58,858 nucleotides of DNA from positions 1 to 58,858 of the forward strand of contig JACREX010000147.1 of the NCBI GenBank assembly GCA_016212695.1, given 5' to 3'. Under the pieces are notes generated by a model that was not told where the DNA came from, did not search any database, and saw only the letters and a list, made by a program, of their open reading frames with translations. Source of the stretch: Bacteroidia bacterium (GTDB taxonomy: Bacteria; Bacteroidota; Bacteroidia; Bacteroidales; GWF2-35-48). Below, piece by piece: positions 1-8,843 of this stretch. How positions within the stretch are numbered: the first letter of the stretch is position 1; every line of letters starts with the position of its first letter. The position numbers were made by a program, and so were the translations under genes.

Positions 1-577
1 AAGGAACTGTTTGCGGTGGTTCGAGTTTTATGGTCTTTGTGCCGGATTTAGTCTGGATTACAACAGGTGTTACTCCAGTTTTGGGAATTGTAAAGATTCG
101 GGGCTTTGGGCAGGTGTCTGTGATTATGGTTTTTGGGAGTTGGTTCTTGGGACTTGGTTCTTGGTTCTTGGCGCTTGGTTCTTGGCTCTTGGTTCTTGGT
201 TCACTTCGACTGCGCTCAGTGCATGCTTGGGACTTGGTGCTTGGTTCTTGGTTAGGATTATTGGTGCATTGAATGAAGAGGAAAGATAAAAGGAAAAAGG
301 AGAAAGATAAAAAGAAAAACAATATCGAGTGTCGAAGTGAAAAGCGCCGATGGGATATATGAGTTGCCCCGTCCTGAATTGCCCTGCCCTTTAGGGCGGG
401 GTACCAAAGCGCAGCCTCTCTGTATCGGCGCTGCACGCTGGAATGCAACCATGAAACACCCCTGCTCAATGCAGCGCAAAGGGAAAAGGGTAAAATGAAT
501 AACGAATATCGAATATCGAATAACGAATGCGATGCATTGAGCCTGTCGAAATGTAGAAGTATTTTATAGTTGTTCAT
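1..577 (-). CDS. Partial gene (5' part; runs off the left edge), probable lipoprotein/secreted protein, possibly a periplasmic sensor; N-terminus invaded by repeats
   Basis: Manual translation: ATG at 577, in-frame stop just upstream (590-592), no stop down to the edge. MNNYKILLH...LFFFLSFSFFLLSFLFIQC-TNNPNQEPSTK...PKTIITDTCPKPRIFTIPKTGVTPVVIQTKSGTKTIKLEPPQTVP. Absent from the ORF track because its stop is outside the window. Confidence 0.7.
   Translation of the reverse strand, partial: MNNYKILLHFDRLNASHSLFDIRYSLFILPFSLCAALSRGVSWLHSSVQRRYREAALWYPALKGRAIQDGATHISHRRFSLRHSILFFFLSFSFFLLSFLFIQCTNNPNQEPSTKSQACTERSRSEPRTKSQEPSAKNQEPSPKNQLPKTIITDTCPKPRIFTIPKTGVTPVVIQTKSGTKTIKLEPPQTVP
140..252. repeat. 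Degenerate heptamer tandem array (TTGGTTC)n with an embedded REP-like insert
   Basis: Repeated ttggttc/ttggctc/ttggcgc/ttgggac units, interrupted by cttcgactgcgctcagtgcatg at about 204-225. Confidence 0.85.
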
Positions 578-685
578 GACCGTAAATTTTTATTTGAAAA
601 TTGGTTTTAAAGATAGAGATTTAAATATAAAAAAAAAACAGAGCGAATAATATTTAACATTAATATATTTTTAAATTAAATACAT

Positions 686-805
686 GAGTCCACTCTGAAA
701 AGTCCGATATTTGGGAATGATGGAAAAATGGAATATCGGGAAAGCCCATAATTCCAACATTCCATTATTCCAATTCATAAAAAAATTACTTTTCGGAGCA
801 GGCTC
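686..805. mobile_element. MITE-like element with 18-bp imperfect TIRs and a 6-bp flanking direct repeat
   Basis: GAGTCCACTCTGAAAAGT ... ACTTTTCGGAGCAGGCTC (14/18 complementary), ATACAT on both sides (680-685, 806-811), internal inverted octamer arrays TGGAA.../...TTCCA. Confidence 0.8.
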
Positions 806-813
806 ATACATCG

Positions 814-821
814 TATATTTG
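814..821 (+). promoter_or_regulatory. Bacteroidota -7 promoter box
   Basis: TATATTTG matches TAnnTTTG and lies about 45 bp upstream of ATG 866. Confidence 0.45.
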
Positions 822-865
822 CAGAATAAATGAACAGTTCAATATTAACATTAAATTAAAATAAA

Positions 866-946
866 ATGGCAGGACTAACTTATGCACAAAAGTTCTCATT
901 TGTAGAGACCATAACAGAAATCTTATCGCAAAACAAGCTTTTGTAA
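866..946 (+). CDS. 26-aa small ORF or truncated gene (MAGLTYAQKFSFVETITEILSQNKLL)
   Basis: Preceded by a -7 box and an A-rich Bacteroidota-style initiation region (ttaacattaaattaaaataaaATG). Confidence 0.35.
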   Translation: MAGLTYAQKFSFVETITEILSQNKLL

Positions 947-960
947 CAGTCCAGCAACCA

Positions 961-1007
961 TTTGGACTTGTCCGGCAAGTGTTTGTACTTGTCCGGCAAG
1001 TGTTTGG
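961..1007. repeat. 21-bp tandem repeat x2.2 containing an imperfect palindrome
   Basis: tttg(g/t)acttgtccggcaagtg at 961-981 and 982-1002. Confidence 0.85.
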
Positions 1008-1069
1008 TGAGGAAAGGAAGGTTTTGGGCTTGGAAAAATTCTCAAAGTGAAATATTGCAGCTAATTTTT

Positions 1070-2428
1070 TTATTTAAACAGGCGGAAAATATCATTCCCG
1101 ATCACAAGCGCCATGAGCGTTAATAAAATAACCATACCGGCGATCTGAACCCGTTCCATAAATTTATCGGAAAACTTTCGCCGGGTAATTGCCTCGATGG
1201 TTAAAAAAATCACGTGCCCGCCATCCAATGCGGGAATGGGCAATATATTCATGAAAGCAAGAATCATTGACAGCAGCCCCGTAATAGACCAGAATTTTCT
1301 CCAGTCCCACTTACTGCCATAGATCTTTGCAATCCCGATAGGACCCTGAATTGACTCGGATACTTTCTCTTTGCCCTGAAATATTTTCTTCAGGCCTTTT
1401 GCATTGGCAACAAGGGTTTCAAAGGCGTCGGCATATCCGAATTTAAGAGCGCTGAAAAACGTATATGACTTTAGCGGATAGGGAGGCTTTGTGGGCGCTA
1501 TACCAATCATTCCAACAGAATCTACATTAATATATAATTTTACAAATTGCTTATTCCTTTCAATAGTCATGCATACGGATTTCCCTGCGTTTTCAACTAA
1601 AATTTCCCTGAAATGGCCAAAGCTTTCTATTAAGGTTTTGTCCACATAAATAAATTTATCTCCCTTTTTAATCTGCGCCAGGTACGCAGGAGTTATGATC
1701 CGCTGTTTGCGAGCTATTCGTTCCGGATAATCTTCATAAACCAATAATACGCTGTCTACGGAAAAGCTATAATTATCAAAATCTATAAATGAGCCTTTAT
1801 ATTTTTTCATCACCATCCTGTAAAGAGTGTCCGGAACAATGATGCCCGTGCGAAGGCCTTTTCTTTCGATGGTCACGGTTGCCCCAAAAAGAACTCTTGT
1901 TGATACGATATCTTCGAATCGTTCAATTTTTTTTCCATTAATCGTTATAATCTTATCGCCTGGCTGAAACCCGATTTTCCGCGCCTGTTCATATGCATAA
2001 ATCCCGTCTTTAACCGATTCGTTGGGTAAATACTGTTTAGTGTAAAACAGCAGTATGCAGGAATAAATAATAACACCCAGTATTACATTCATCAGCACTC
2101 CGCTCACCATCACAATAAGCCGCTGCCAGGCGGGGCGTGAACGGAATTCCCAGGGTTGCGGGGGTTTTTTCAACGCTTCGGTATCCATGGATTCATCAAT
2201 CATCCCGGCAATCTTTACATACCCGCCCAGCGGGAGCCAGCCAATGCCATAATCTGTGTTTCCTTTTTTAATACTGAAAAATTTAAAACCCCATGCATCG
2301 AAAAAAAGATAAAACTTTTCTACCCTGATACCAAAAGCCCGCGCCGCCATATAGTGACCCAGTTCGTGCAATATAACCAATATGGATAATCCCAGTATCA
2401 ACTGGGCTGCCATTACTAATCCGTTCAT
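1070..2428 (-). CDS. rseP: RIP metalloprotease RseP (M50, PDZ)
   Basis: HELGH zinc motif, GWLPLGGYVKIAGM, NILPIPALDGG; adjacent to dxr. Confidence 0.95.
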   Translation of the reverse strand: MNGLVMAAQLILGLSILVILHELGHYMAARAFGIRVEKFYLFFDAWGFKFFSIKKGNTDYGIGWLPLGGYVKIAGMIDESMDTEALKKPPQPWEFRSRPAWQRLIVMVSGVLMNVILGVIIYSCILLFYTKQYLPNESVKDGIYAYEQARKIGFQPGDKIITINGKKIERFEDIVSTRVLFGATVTIERKGLRTGIIVPDTLYRMVMKKYKGSFIDFDNYSFSVDSVLLVYEDYPERIARKQRIITPAYLAQIKKGDKFIYVDKTLIESFGHFREILVENAGKSVCMTIERNKQFVKLYINVDSVGMIGIAPTKPPYPLKSYTFFSALKFGYADAFETLVANAKGLKKIFQGKEKVSESIQGPIGIAKIYGSKWDWRKFWSITGLLSMILAFMNILPIPALDGGHVIFLTIEAITRRKFSDKFMERVQIAGMVILLTLMALVIGNDIFRLFK

Positions 2429-3591
2429 TAATTTACTTTGTTTTTAATTAAACTCAACGCTAATTTCCGGGCTTCATTATCCGACTCGACATAATCCTGA
2501 TACGATGGATTCTGAATATTTGATATAGTGTGCATGGTCTTTTCAATAACATCAGGTATATCGAAAAACCCAATCCTGTCTTTAAGAAATGCCTCTACTG
2601 CTATTTCATTTGCCGCATTTAAAACACATGGCATGTTTCCTCCTTTTCTCAATGCCTCGAAAGCGAGGGCAAGGTTTGGAAATTTTTTCATGTCCGGTTG
2701 TTCAAACGTAAAACTCTTATAATTCATAAAATCAAAACGGGGAAAATCAGACGTCAGCCTGTTGGGAAAACCAAGCGCATACTGAATAGGTAATTTCATA
2801 TCGGGCAGGCTCATCTGGGCTTTTATCGATCCATCCTGAAACTGAACCATAGAATGAATGATTGATTGCGGATGGATGATCACCTGTATCTGTTCCGGTT
2901 TCATATTAAAAAGCCAGCGCGCCTCTATTGCTTCTAGGCCTTTATTCATAAGCGTAGCAGAATCGATCGTTACTTTTGCGCCCATATTCCACACAGGATG
3001 TTTCAATGCGTCTTTTGAAGACACATAAAATAACTCCTCAATTGACATCTCTCTGAAGGGGCCGCCGGAAGCCGTGAGATATATTTTTTCGACCGGATTG
3101 TGATATTCGCCAACTAAGCATTGAAAAATAGCCGAATGTTCCGAATCAACCGGAAGGATTACCACCTGATTTTCAGAAACGATTTTATTAATTAATTCGC
3201 CCGCTACCACTAAGGTTTCTTTATTTGCCAGGGCAATATCCTTGCCTGCTTCAATGGCTTTTATTGCGGGAAGCAGTCCGGCATAGCCCACCATTGCCGC
3301 CAATACCATATCTATCCCGGACATACCGGCTATCCGGGCCAATGATTCCTTGCCTGCAAACACTTTGATATCGCGCTTCGACAGCGCTTCTTTAACCTCT
3401 TTATATTTTGATTCATTAGCAATAACTACCGTATTCGGATTAAATTTCAGAGCCTGCTTAATAAGCAATTCAGAATTATTATTAGCGGTCAGCGCTTCTA
3501 CTTCAAAAATATCAGAATGGCTTGCAATTACTTCTAAAGCCTGGATTCCGACAGAACCTGTAGAACCGAATATTGCAATCTTTTTCTTCAT
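2428..3591 (-). CDS. dxr: 1-deoxy-D-xylulose-5-phosphate reductoisomerase
   Basis: GSTGSVG, LANKETLV, PVDSEHSAIFQ, MGAKVTIDSATLMNKGLE. Confidence 0.97.
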   Translation of the reverse strand: MKKKIAIFGSTGSVGIQALEVIASHSDIFEVEALTANNNSELLIKQALKFNPNTVVIANESKYKEVKEALSKRDIKVFAGKESLARIAGMSGIDMVLAAMVGYAGLLPAIKAIEAGKDIALANKETLVVAGELINKIVSENQVVILPVDSEHSAIFQCLVGEYHNPVEKIYLTASGGPFREMSIEELFYVSSKDALKHPVWNMGAKVTIDSATLMNKGLEAIEARWLFNMKPEQIQVIIHPQSIIHSMVQFQDGSIKAQMSLPDMKLPIQYALGFPNRLTSDFPRFDFMNYKSFTFEQPDMKKFPNLALAFEALRKGGNMPCVLNAANEIAVEAFLKDRIGFFDIPDVIEKTMHTISNIQNPSYQDYVESDNEARKLALSLIKNKVN

Positions 3592-4457
3592 TAAAAAACT
3601 ATATAATTTTCCGGATTCAGGGGCAGTCCGTTATACCAGAGTTCAAAGTGCAGGTGCGGGCCTGTTGTCTGTTCTCCGGAATTTCCTAAAATGGCTATAG
3701 CTTCTCCCGCCCTCACATGTTCGCCCACTTCTTTCAAAAGCCTGTAATTATGTTTATATACCGATAATAAATTATTATCATGCTGTATCTGTATCACATA
3801 TCCTGTCTCTAATGTCCATTCAGCCATCACAACCGTACCATTCAGGGTGGCGCATATCACCTGGTTTTCTGCAGAAACTATATCCGTTCCGTAATGATCC
3901 TGCGACGGGCTGAAATGGTTAGACACCATTCCTTTTAAAGGAGGGAAAAACTTAAGTTTATTAATATCCGTACCCGACTTACGCACATCGCTCATAGAAA
4001 TTGTATACCGCTCTTCCTGTTCAATCTGGCTCACAAATAAAGAATCTTCTGTTGTTTTCTTAAAATTTAATTTGGAATGATCCACTTTCCCCTTTTTTGC
4101 CGTATCCCTTTCGAGCGGTACGCCGCCATTCATAATAATTTTAAGATTCTCCATATATTGTTCCTGTTGGCGGAGAAGCTGCTCAATGGAATCTGTTTTT
4201 AACGTATTCATAAGTAATGTGCGCCGCATGACAGGATCTGCATACCCGGGTATAAATTCACGTATGGGAGTAAAAATAATCAGGATGGCAACAATAGCTG
4301 CAATCAGCGTAGCTAAGAATCCCACGAGCGAAAAAAAAGACATCCTGGAAATATTCTGAACCCATACCTCTTCCAATGTACTGTAATTGTATATGGTAAT
4401 ACGATATTTCAGTTTCAGCCTGTCCCAAAATTTTCTTTTCTTTTTCGGAGCCGTCAT
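3591..4457 (-). CDS. M23 family metallopeptidase with N-terminal TM segment
   Basis: HYGTD and HLHFE motifs; usual Bacteroidota M23-dxr-rseP order. Confidence 0.9.
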   Translation of the reverse strand: MTAPKKKRKFWDRLKLKYRITIYNYSTLEEVWVQNISRMSFFSLVGFLATLIAAIVAILIIFTPIREFIPGYADPVMRRTLLMNTLKTDSIEQLLRQQEQYMENLKIIMNGGVPLERDTAKKGKVDHSKLNFKKTTEDSLFVSQIEQEERYTISMSDVRKSGTDINKLKFFPPLKGMVSNHFSPSQDHYGTDIVSAENQVICATLNGTVVMAEWTLETGYVIQIQHDNNLLSVYKHNYRLLKEVGEHVRAGEAIAILGNSGEQTTGPHLHFELWYNGLPLNPENYIVF

Positions 4458-4507
4458 TCTATAAAATTCTGACCTTTAACTTTCTGTTTTTATACTGCAA
4501 ACGGTTA

Positions 4508-4515
4508 CAAATTTA
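4508..4515 (-). promoter_or_regulatory. -7 promoter box for the M23-dxr-rseP operon
   Basis: Minus strand TAAATTTG about 50 bp upstream of the start codon. Confidence 0.5.
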
Positions 4516-4531
4516 ACTTTTATTGAACAGA

Positions 4532-4632
4532 CATTGTCAAATTGTTATATTGCTAAATTGTTATAAATCAATCATTAATAATCTATGTGATAATTAAAAT
4601 AACCATTTAACAATGTCAACAGTTTAACCATT
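4532..4632. repeat. Inverted pair of octamer arrays (ATTGTTA-type / TAACCATT-type)
   Basis: cattgtca aattgtta tattgcta aattgtta, a spacer, then taaccatt taacaatg tcaacagtt taaccatt. Confidence 0.75.
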
Positions 4633-4732
4633 TAAAGTATAACTATATAAACTGACAAACCTACATGATTTTTTTGAAAAACACAAATGACAATAATCGG
4701 CCCGATGTGTCGAAAAATCTTCAAAATGCAAT

Positions 4733-4740
4733 TATATTTG
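4733..4740 (+). promoter_or_regulatory. -7 promoter box for recO
   Basis: TATATTTG 19 bp before the ATG. Confidence 0.55.
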
Positions 4741-4759
4741 TCGTATAAACATTCCTTAT

Positions 4760-5488
4760 ATGCTTGGAAAAACCAGAGGTATTGTATTGCGTCATATAAA
4801 ATATTCCGATACTGGTATTATTGCACATATATATACTGAACAGTGGGGAAGACAGTCGTATTTTATTAAAAGGGCGCATGGTAAAAAATCAAAAATCAAA
4901 GCCAATTATTTCAGCCCGCTTTTTTTGCTCGAATTAGAGGTTTCCAATAAAACAAAAAGAGAATTACAGGTTATCACCGAAGCAAAAATTTCCGATCCCT
5001 TAACCGCTATCCCGTTTAACATAGTTAAAAGTTCGCTGGCTATTTTCATTTCTGAAGTTCTTTATAAATCCATTAAGGAAGTAACGCCAAATCCTGAACT
5101 GTTCAATTTTTTATACAATTATATACTGCTGCTCGATAAAGAAGAAAAGGGATTACAAAATTTCCATATTATTTTTCTTATGCAGTTGACAAAATACTTA
5201 GGATTTTTTCCAAACAATAACTACTCGGAAACGAATATTTTCTTTGATATGGCCGATGGCCGGTTTACCTCGCTGATGCCCAATCATTCCTATTTTTTGG
5301 GCAGGGAAACAAGTCCTTATTTTTCAAAACTTATAGATACCGCTTATAAGGAAGCGGTGAATTTTAAAATTACAAAATCATTGCGTAATGAACTTCTCTC
5401 TAAGCTAATTCTTTATTACAAGGTACATCTGATTTCTTTAAACGAAATCAAATCTTATGAAATACTGAAAGAGGTTTTCAGGAGATGA
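4760..5488 (+). CDS. recO: DNA repair protein RecO
   Basis: KTRGIVLRHIKYSDTGIIAHIYTEQWGR N-terminal OB-fold signature, LTKYLGFFP, 242 aa. Confidence 0.92.
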   Translation: MLGKTRGIVLRHIKYSDTGIIAHIYTEQWGRQSYFIKRAHGKKSKIKANYFSPLFLLELEVSNKTKRELQVITEAKISDPLTAIPFNIVKSSLAIFISEVLYKSIKEVTPNPELFNFLYNYILLLDKEEKGLQNFHIIFLMQLTKYLGFFPNNNYSETNIFFDMADGRFTSLMPNHSYFLGRETSPYFSKLIDTAYKEAVNFKITKSLRNELLSKLILYYKVHLISLNEIKSYEILKEVFRR

Positions 5489-5501
5489 TAAAAAAAATTC
5501 T

Positions 5502-8500
5502 TTATTTTTTCAACAATAATTTTTCTAATGCTTCTATTCTTTTTTGCAGGTCGTCAATTATTTTTTGTTGTTCATCGCTTTTTTTCTTTTGCTTTTGTGC
5601 TTCTTTTAATAACAAAACCGATAAAAGTGGGTATTGAACGGCATCAGGAATAAGCTTTTCTGAAGCGCTTCCTTTGATTACATCTTTTTCTATTGCAAAT
5701 ACAGCAAGTTCAGGAATTGCTTCGGCTACTTCTTCGGCAATGAGGCCAAAAAAACGCTGTGTCTTGCTGTCGCTTTCATTAATACTATTATAGGATACAG
5801 GCCTTAGTTTATAAATATTTTCCGTATTAATCTCCAAATCTGTAATGTTACTTTTATATCTTTTTGAAGATGTACTTCGGAGTATCTGGCCTGTTGAAAG
5901 AACAACCATGTTGGCGGCACTGGCAGAAGTAGCCGCATAAGCTCCCTGACAAAAAAATGTAGTAACAAAAGCGTCTCCTATACTCACCTGATTGCTTGCG
6001 GTTATCGCAGCATTATAACCTAAAGCAGTGGAATTGGAATAATTTATTCCATCAAAGAAAGCATAAAACCCTAAAGCGGTATTATTGCTACCATACATGT
6101 TATTAAAAAGCGCTGCTACTCCATCTGCGGTATTGTTGTTTCCATTGATATTTGATAAAAGTGCAGCATATCCGTTGGCGGTATTGTAGTTTCCTATGGT
6201 GTTAGATTGAAGCGCATTCATTCCGTTGGCGATATTGGAGTTTCCTGTGGTGTTGGAATAAAGCGCCTGAAATCCGCTGGCGGTATTTTGGTATCCTATG
6301 GTGTTGGAAAAACCTGTCTGAAAACCAACAAATACGTTGTAGTCACCATTATTGGTATATCCTGCCTGATAACCATTAGCTACATTATAGACTCCTTCTG
6401 TGTTATAATAAAACGCCTGATAACCAATAGCTACATTATTTATTCCTCCTATGTTATTATAAAGTGCATGATAACCATTAGCTACATTATTTGTTCCTCC
6501 AGTATTAGAGTATAAGGCATAATAACCATTTGCGGAGTTGCCCATTCCTGATGTATTGGAATAACCTGCATGATCGCCAATGAACACATTGTAGTCTCCA
6601 TTATTGATATATCCTGCATAATAACCAAGAAATACATTTTGTTTACCGGTTGTATTAGAATAGCCACAGTTATCGCCAAGAAATATATTGCCTCTACCAC
6701 TTGTATTGAAATAACCGCAGTTATCTCCAATAAATATATTGCTGTAACCACTGGTGTTGGAATATCCGGCTTTGTATCCGATAAAATAATTATTATATCC
6801 TGAGGTATCGGAATAGCCAGCCTGATACCCGATAAATGAATTGTATTTCCCTGTATAATTCAGAGAACCAGAAAGGCTGTAACCGGCATCATTCCCGATA
6901 AAATTATTTGCAGGATTGATATAAAAAAAATTGTTTGTTGTAGATTTGGTGGAACTTTTACCGCTAACAGCAAAGCAACCCTTGTTTTGAGATTTTGCTC
7001 CGCCGGGGTCTTTCACCCAGAAATGCACGCTGTCTTTGTAAACAACCATAGCGGTTTGTCCATTCTGGTCTTTAATTTCAAAAATAGGAGAAGTGGCAGG
7101 AAGAGATGCATCAGCGACAATCTGTACCTTTCCCGAAGGAGTGGTGGTGCCGATACCGAGATTAACGCCATTTTGGTATATGACAGAATTATCCAAACCG
7201 GTTGCAGAAACAAATTTCGGAATATAATTAGCCGTTCCGTCAGAAGAACCTATTGCAGGAGTTTGCCATGAACCAAACCCATTGGCATCGGAAGTCAATA
7301 CTTTTCCGGCAGCTAATGTTCCGCCATCATCCATCCGGATGTTTCCTATTACATCTAAAGCCGCCTGCGGATTTGCAGTACCGATGCCAAGCATGTTCGA
7401 GGAATTGTTCCAGGAAAAGAGATTGCTGGAAGTAACCGATGATGTCCCGTTCCAGAATGTAATTTTGTTTGATGCACCGGAACCTGTAACCATGCCTGTA
7501 TGCGAGTGGTCGCTCCTTGCTGAAGTATTGGCAGAACCATTTCCATCAAAAGAAACAGCCCAGTCTGAAACAGCGGCAGAAGCGTTGTAAGCAGCGCCTG
7601 TCAATCCTGTTCCCGGAGAAAGTAATGCATGGCTGTGCGCAGGTAAATCAGCGGCAACCAATAATCTGAACGAAGGTGTTCCGGCAGTTCCATCCGGCGC
7701 TGCAAAAAATGTATTGGCAGCCTGTGATGCAAATGTTGCAGTCAATGTGCCTGATGAAATAACAGGCGAGTTGGCAATCGTAAAAACAGAAGGCATAGAT
7801 AAACCAACACTTGTTACAGTCCCTGAATTCGGCGTACTCCATGTCGGAATTGCAGAAATTCCCGCTGAGGTTAGCATTTGCCCGGATGTTCCAAGCGATA
7901 AGTCATTTATCTGCCCGCTTCCGTTTGAATAAAATAGGTTCCAGTTATTTGCCGAATGATCGCTCACAGATGTCATGGTATGCGATTGGTTATGCAATTG
8001 TGTATGTGTGTGGTTCCCTTCAGCTATCGTACTGGCTGAAGTCCCAAACTCAGCGCTGAAAACATCGCCTGTAAGAGATAATCCTGTTCCTGCGGAATAC
8101 GTAGTATTATTATCTGTTGAATTAATGGTAAAATTCGGATACGTTCCCGTTACCATTGTTGCGCCTGTGCCGTTTAAAGTAATCGCCTGATCGGGATTTG
8201 TGTTGGTAATGGTAAAATCAGGATACGTACCTGTTACAGATATTCCATTACCATTGGTTAAAGTTACAAGCTGGTTTGGCAAAGTGTTTTTAATCGTGTC
8301 GTTCGAAATACTTATCCCGATTCCCGCTTTGTAATTACCCGGCGAATACAGCGCATATGGAACAGAAAGCAACTGGTTTGTGCCCATTACCGAGTAATTA
8401 TTCCCTGCGTTAATATCTAATTCAACTTTGATGTAATAGGTATTGTTTCCCCAGTCTATCGTAGAAAAATTACCGGACGGATTTGTGCCATTACCAACTT

Positions 8501-8732
8501 CTAAGTTCACCAAACCAAAGGGATTGGTAGTTGCAGAATGTTCCTCTGAATATACAGATAAGCCTGTAGAACTTCCCTGCAGAATGTTTATCCTGAAACT
8601 CACATTCTGGTTTGGAATTATTGTACCACTGCTGTTACGCACTACGGCCTGGTAGCTGAAGGCATTAGGCGATTGTGCAAATATTGTAGCACTAATCAGC
8701 ATACTGATAAGAAAAACTAAAAACTTTTTCAT
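5502..8732 (-). CDS. Secreted trimeric fibre/adhesin with C-terminal S74 intramolecular chaperone (paralog 3, last in operon)
   Basis: Start refined to MKKFLVFL (8732) with a signal peptide; YQAVVRN...LLSVPYALY N-domain; HxH motifs; ~14-aa N.A.GY.AL..N..G repeats; SSKRYKSNI and a terminal coiled coil. Confidence 0.8.
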   Translation of the reverse strand: MKKFLVFLISMLISATIFAQSPNAFSYQAVVRNSSGTIIPNQNVSFRINILQGSSTGLSVYSEEHSATTNPFGLVNLEVGNGTNPSGNFSTIDWGNNTYYIKVELDINAGNNYSVMGTNQLLSVPYALYSPGNYKAGIGISISNDTIKNTLPNQLVTLTNGNGISVTGTYPDFTITNTNPDQAITLNGTGATMVTGTYPNFTINSTDNNTTYSAGTGLSLTGDVFSAEFGTSASTIAEGNHTHTQLHNQSHTMTSVSDHSANNWNLFYSNGSGQINDLSLGTSGQMLTSAGISAIPTWSTPNSGTVTSVGLSMPSVFTIANSPVISSGTLTATFASQAANTFFAAPDGTAGTPSFRLLVAADLPAHSHALLSPGTGLTGAAYNASAAVSDWAVSFDGNGSANTSARSDHSHTGMVTGSGASNKITFWNGTSSVTSSNLFSWNNSSNMLGIGTANPQAALDVIGNIRMDDGGTLAAGKVLTSDANGFGSWQTPAIGSSDGTANYIPKFVSATGLDNSVIYQNGVNLGIGTTTPSGKVQIVADASLPATSPIFEIKDQNGQTAMVVYKDSVHFWVKDPGGAKSQNKGCFAVSGKSSTKSTTNNFFYINPANNFIGNDAGYSLSGSLNYTGKYNSFIGYQAGYSDTSGYNNYFIGYKAGYSNTSGYSNIFIGDNCGYFNTSGRGNIFLGDNCGYSNTTGKQNVFLGYYAGYINNGDYNVFIGDHAGYSNTSGMGNSANGYYALYSNTGGTNNVANGYHALYNNIGGINNVAIGYQAFYYNTEGVYNVANGYQAGYTNNGDYNVFVGFQTGFSNTIGYQNTASGFQALYSNTTGNSNIANGMNALQSNTIGNYNTANGYAALLSNINGNNNTADGVAALFNNMYGSNNTALGFYAFFDGINYSNSTALGYNAAITASNQVSIGDAFVTTFFCQGAYAATSASAANMVVLSTGQILRSTSSKRYKSNITDLEINTENIYKLRPVSYNSINESDSKTQRFFGLIAEEVAEAIPELAVFAIEKDVIKGSASEKLIPDAVQYPLLSVLLLKEAQKQKKKSDEQQKIIDDLQKRIEALEKLLLKK

Positions 8733-8843
8733 AATTCTAAATTTATTTGTTAATTTATTTATTTGATGATGTTCCGATGGATAATTTAATATTGGCAATC
8801 TCTGCTTTTAAATTGTCGATTTCCTGAATTTTGGATTTTAATA
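8714..8843. repeat. 130-bp direct repeat, copy 1 (gene end, spacer, gene start)
   Basis: 129/130 identical to 11553-11682; offset 2839 bp. Confidence 0.93.

Noticed and set aside
11-479. ORF-track ORFs 11..289 (+), 30..272 (+) and 258..479 (-)
   Set aside because: They are translations of heptamer/REP repeats in other frames; the open minus frame from ATG 577 explains the region better.
961-1007. Possible mini-CRISPR
   Set aside because: The repeats are directly adjacent with no spacers, and there are no cas genes in the window.
8733-8798. N-terminal extension MPILNYPSEHHQ... of fibre ORFs (also 11572-11637 and 15137-15211)
   Set aside because: The first two overlap the upstream gene's 3' end; in all three a downstream ATG starts a canonical signal peptide.
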